Assembly (NCBI GenBank): GCA_049320885.1
Contig: JBMORA010000005.1
Coordinates: 1-31,098, forward strand
Origin: Thermodesulfobacteriota bacterium
GTDB taxonomy: Bacteria > Desulfobacterota > Desulfobacteria > Desulfobacterales > SURF-7
Direction of reading: 5' to 3'
Length of the DNA stretch: 31,098 nucleotides
The position numbers were made by a program, and so were the translations under genes. The notes under the pieces were generated by a model. That model had not been told where the DNA came from. It worked only from the letters and a program-made list of their open reading frames with translations, and searched no databases. Shown piece after piece: positions 28,114 to 31,098 of the stretch (position 1 is its first letter; every line of letters starts with the position of its first letter).

Positions 28114-28888
28114 TTCCCGGGAACAATCAACGAGCATATTGAAAGTCGAACGGTTGAATCATTATTTTGGAGAGCGCCAGGTGTTGTTCGACGTAAATCT
28201 CCAGATCCGGGAAGGATCGCGGCACGCGATCATCGGGCCCAACGGCGCCGGAAAGACGACACTGTTCAATGCGATAACCGGAAAATTCAAGCCCACCGCC
28301 GGGACGATTTTTTTAAAAGGCAGGGATATCACCGGATATCCACCCGATCGCCTGGCTCGCATGGGACTGGGACGTTCCTTTCAGATTAACAGCACCTTTT
28401 CCGGCCTGACGACGTTCCAGAATCTTCGAATGGCGATTCTGGCCAAAAACGGAATTCGATTCGGCTTTTTTCGGAATCTGGACAAGATGGGACGGATCAC
28501 GGCCGAGACCGACGCATTTCTCAACCGCGTCGGTCTCGCGGCGGAACGCAATCAGCCGGCCAGTTTATTGTCGTACGGCAAACATCGTTGTCTGGAACTC
28601 AGTCTGGCAATGGCCACCGAGCCGGACCTGGTGCTGCTGGATGAGCCGGCTGCCGGCATGTCGCGGGAGGAGACCAGCCAGATGGTTCAGTGGATTCGAA
28701 CCCTGGCCGGAAAGAAAACCGTTGTGATTATCGAACACGATATGGATGTCGTTTTTTCCCTGGCGGACCGGATCACCGTTCTCCACCACGGAGAAATACT
28801 GGCCACCGGATCACCGGAGGAGATCAGAGCCAGTCAACTGGTGAAGAATGCCTATCTTGGAGAGACGGAGGAAGGCGATGCTGCTTGA
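28106..28888 (+). CDS. LivG-like ABC ATP-binding protein
   Basis: GPNGAGKTT, GLGRSFQ, LSYGKHR, LLDEPAAG, IEHDM, AYLG. Confidence 0.93.
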   Translation: MVDSREQSTSILKVERLNHYFGERQVLFDVNLQIREGSRHAIIGPNGAGKTTLFNAITGKFKPTAGTIFLKGRDITGYPPDRLARMGLGRSFQINSTFSGLTTFQNLRMAILAKNGIRFGFFRNLDKMGRITAETDAFLNRVGLAAERNQPASLLSYGKHRCLELSLAMATEPDLVLLDEPAAGMSREETSQMVQWIRTLAGKKTVVIIEHDMDVVFSLADRITVLHHGEILATGSPEEIRASQLVKNAYLGETEEGDAA

Positions 28889-29585
28889 AGTGGAGGACCT
28901 GCAGAGCTATTATGGATCGAGTCACGTTCTCCAGGGGGCTGCCCTTGCAGTGGACAGCGGTGAGATTGTCGGTCTGCTGGGGCGTAACGGCATGGGGAAA
29001 AGCACGACCCTCAAAAGCATCATGGGGCTGGTGAGACCCAAAGGTGGTTCCGTTCGTTTCCAGAACCGCGATATAACGGGATGGGAAGCATACCGGGTGG
29101 CTCGGGCCGGTATCGGGTATGTTCCGGAAGAACGACGTATTTTTTCAAATCTGACGGTGTTGGAAAATTTGCGGATGGGCGCCAAACCCGGAATCCCCTC
29201 ATGCGGCAGCGGCTGGACCCTGGAGAAACTGTATCATCATTTCCCCTTCATGAAAGATCGTTCCGCCCAGAAAGGCGCCCATCTTTCGGGTGGCGAACAG
29301 CAGATGCTGGCCATCGCCAGAGCGCTCATGGGCAACCCCCAGCTGTTGCTGGTGGATGAGCCCACCGAGGGCCTGGCTCCCCTGATGGTGCGGGAAGTGC
29401 GGGATGTGTTGGCTAACATCAACAAAGCCGGTGTTTCCATCCTGATCGTGGAGCACAATCTGAAAGTCGCTCTGTCGCTGGTGAGTCGGTTGTACCTGAT
29501 GGGCAAAGGCAGCATCGGATTTGCCGGAACCGTGGAGGAATTGCACAAACGGCCGGAGATCCAGGAACAATACCTGAGTCTTTGA
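28878..29585 (+). CDS. LivF-like ABC ATP-binding protein
   Basis: Start MLLEVEDLQ at 28878 after GGAGG. GRNGMGKST, VPEERRIF, LSGGEQQMLAIARAL, DEPTEGLAP, VEHN. Confidence 0.93.
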   Translation: MLLEVEDLQSYYGSSHVLQGAALAVDSGEIVGLLGRNGMGKSTTLKSIMGLVRPKGGSVRFQNRDITGWEAYRVARAGIGYVPEERRIFSNLTVLENLRMGAKPGIPSCGSGWTLEKLYHHFPFMKDRSAQKGAHLSGGEQQMLAIARALMGNPQLLLVDEPTEGLAPLMVREVRDVLANINKAGVSILIVEHNLKVALSLVSRLYLMGKGSIGFAGTVEELHKRPEIQEQYLSL

Positions 29586-29791
29586 GTCCAGTGAACCGAG
29601 GGGATGAAAGCGTTCCTGGGAGTGTTGGCGGCCCCCGCGGCGGGTGTTTTATCGGTTGCCGGTCGCCGGTTCCCAGAAATCGGACTTGATTCCGTCTCCC
29701 CATCTGAACTATGGTGAATCCCATCAGCGGTCATTGGTTTGTCATCCCTGAGAGCGGACGGAAATCGATGGATACAAGCAAAGGAGGCGAC

Positions 29792-30373
29792 ATGATAGAT
29801 ATCCCCACCAAACGACGGCGTACCCGAAACCTTAGGAAAACCGGACTCATCCTGGTTTCCCTTGGCTTGATCCTGACTGGATGCTCCTCATCGACACCGA
29901 CCCTGCCCGTGCCCGACGGACTGTATGCCGGCTATGCCGGCCCTCAAATAGCGGTAACGCCCACGGCCATCCCCCTCGGCATCGCCACTTTGATCAAGAC
30001 TCCGGTTGTGATAGCCGGTACGGGCTTCGAACCGGGGGATTCGGTTTTTGTGGATATCATCAGCACGGAGGAGCCCCCCGTCGTCAAAATTCCCGTCGAT
30101 GCATCGGAGGTCGATGCGTCCGGTGGTTTCACCATGGAAATGAGCAAGGAAGTCAAGGCGCTCGAAATCCTCAAACTCGATATCGATCCGAGCGATCTGA
30201 CACCCATCGTGGTCCGGGACCCGGTACCGGCCGGCACCTATATTGTCAAGGCCGTCAGCGTCGCGTCCGACAGAAAAGCGGAATGCATCATCCAGGTCGT
30301 GGAAGCGGGCAAGATGGATCGACTGAAAGACAAGATCGGAACCCTGCTGGGCAAGATCCGAAACGGCCGATAG
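29792..30373 (+). CDS. Hypothetical lipoprotein (beta-rich)
   Basis: AAGGAGG RBS before the ATG at 29792. Basic n-region, hydrophobic h-region and lipobox LTGC. GTGFEPGDSVFVDI and VPAGTYIVKAV suggest an Ig-like beta sandwich. Confidence 0.75.
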   Translation: MIDIPTKRRRTRNLRKTGLILVSLGLILTGCSSSTPTLPVPDGLYAGYAGPQIAVTPTAIPLGIATLIKTPVVIAGTGFEPGDSVFVDIISTEEPPVVKIPVDASEVDASGGFTMEMSKEVKALEILKLDIDPSDLTPIVVRDPVPAGTYIVKAVSVASDRKAECIIQVVEAGKMDRLKDKIGTLLGKIRNGR

Positions 30374-30429
30374 TTCCGCCGACACCGTCCCGCCCAACCG
30401 CATTCCCGAAAAAGCCTGCTCCTTTTGCC

Positions 30430-30458
30430 TTGATTTCCGGGCATGTTCGCAGTATGTC
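30430..30458 (+). promoter_or_regulatory. Candidate promoter of carB
   Basis: TTGATT-N17-TATGTC followed by an AT-rich tract. Confidence 0.35.
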
Positions 30459-30552
30459 AATTAAGTTTATCAAAAAAAATTATTGTCACTAAATAATACC
30501 GCGAGGCCGGCCTTCCATCCGGGAGGGTCGGTTTGCAAAAAGGAGAAGCGGC

Positions 30553-31098
30553 ATGCCCAAGCGTAACGACATTCAAAAAGTGCTGATCATCGGTTCCGGA
30601 CCGATCATTATCGGCCAAGCGTGTGAATTCGACTATTCCGGTACCCAGGCCTGCAAGGCATTGCGGAAACTCGGGTACCGGATCGTGCTTGTGAATTCCA
30701 ATCCGGCAACCATCATGACCGATCCCGGGATGGCGGATAAGACCTACATTGAACCGCTCAATCTGGATGTTCTGACCAAAATTATCGACGTGGAGCGGCC
30801 GGATGCGCTGCTGCCGAATTTGGGAGGGCAGACGGGCCTGAATCTATCTTCGGAACTCGCTAGAACCGGTGTGTTGGCGCGATACGGGGTCAAGGTGATC
30901 GGTGTGAACATCGACGCCATCGAACGGGGGGAAGACCGCACGGCATTCAAGGAAACCATGGCGCGGCTGGGGATTGAAATGCCCCGCAGCCAGACCGTCA
31001 ACACGGTTGAGGATGCGGAAAAGGTCGCCGAGACACTGGGCTATCCCGTGGTGATCCGCCCGGCCTACACCATGGGGGGAACCGGGGGGGGATTGGTC
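30553..31098 (+). CDS. carB: Carbamoyl-phosphate synthase large subunit, 5' part (runs off window; absent from ORF track)
   Basis: Manual translation: [58 protein letters not shown]...[26 protein letters not shown]. Confidence 0.98.
   Translation, partial: MPKRNDIQKVLIIGSGPIIIGQACEFDYSGTQACKALRKLGYRIVLVNSNPATIMTDPGMADKTYIEPLNLDVLTKIIDVERPDALLPNLGGQTGLNLSSELARTGVLARYGVKVIGVNIDAIERGEDRTAFKETMARLGIEMPRSQTVNTVEDAEKVAETLGYPVVIRPAYTMGGTGGGLV

Noticed and set aside
29579..29605. PyrR-binding-loop-like AGTCCAGTGA about 1 kb upstream of carB
   Set aside because: Lacks the GGYU continuation and a good stem, overlaps the ATPase stop codon, and is separated from carB by another gene.
29604..29717. 37-aa sORF MKAFLGVLAAPAAG...
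   Set aside because: The purine run directly abuts the ATG, leaving no usable RBS spacing, and there is no other support.

Overview
A core-genome and metabolic window with no mobile elements, CRISPR arrays or tandem repeats that I could see. Gene content and style suggest a GC-rich anaerobic Deltaproteobacterium, Desulfobacterales-like (inference only). In order: the 3' half of a 5S rRNA and its terminator; groES-groEL (-); etfB-etfA (-); a divergent 9-gene, ~10 kb acyl-CoA/lipid catabolic cluster (+; histidine phosphatase, ACAD10/11-type acyl-CoA dehydrogenase, long acyl-CoA dehydrogenase, TetR, APH-type kinase, 3-hydroxyacyl-CoA dehydrogenase, DUF362 Fe-S protein, ferredoxin-nitroreductase, patatin); a GGDEF diguanylate cyclase and an unusually long PPi-dependent PFK (-); smc-ftsY (+); acylphosphatase (-); a MerR regulator, a Liv-type ABC transporter and an unknown lipoprotein (+); and the 5' part of carB. 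The best candidates for new biology are (i) a split ACAD10/11 / LvaAC-like phosphorylating 4-hydroxyacyl-CoA module in an apparently anaerobic lipid-degradation locus with uncharacterised Fe-S partners, and (ii) a pair of NrdR-box-like sites, 31 bp apart, abutting the smc promoter. All family calls come from motif recognition, not database searches.
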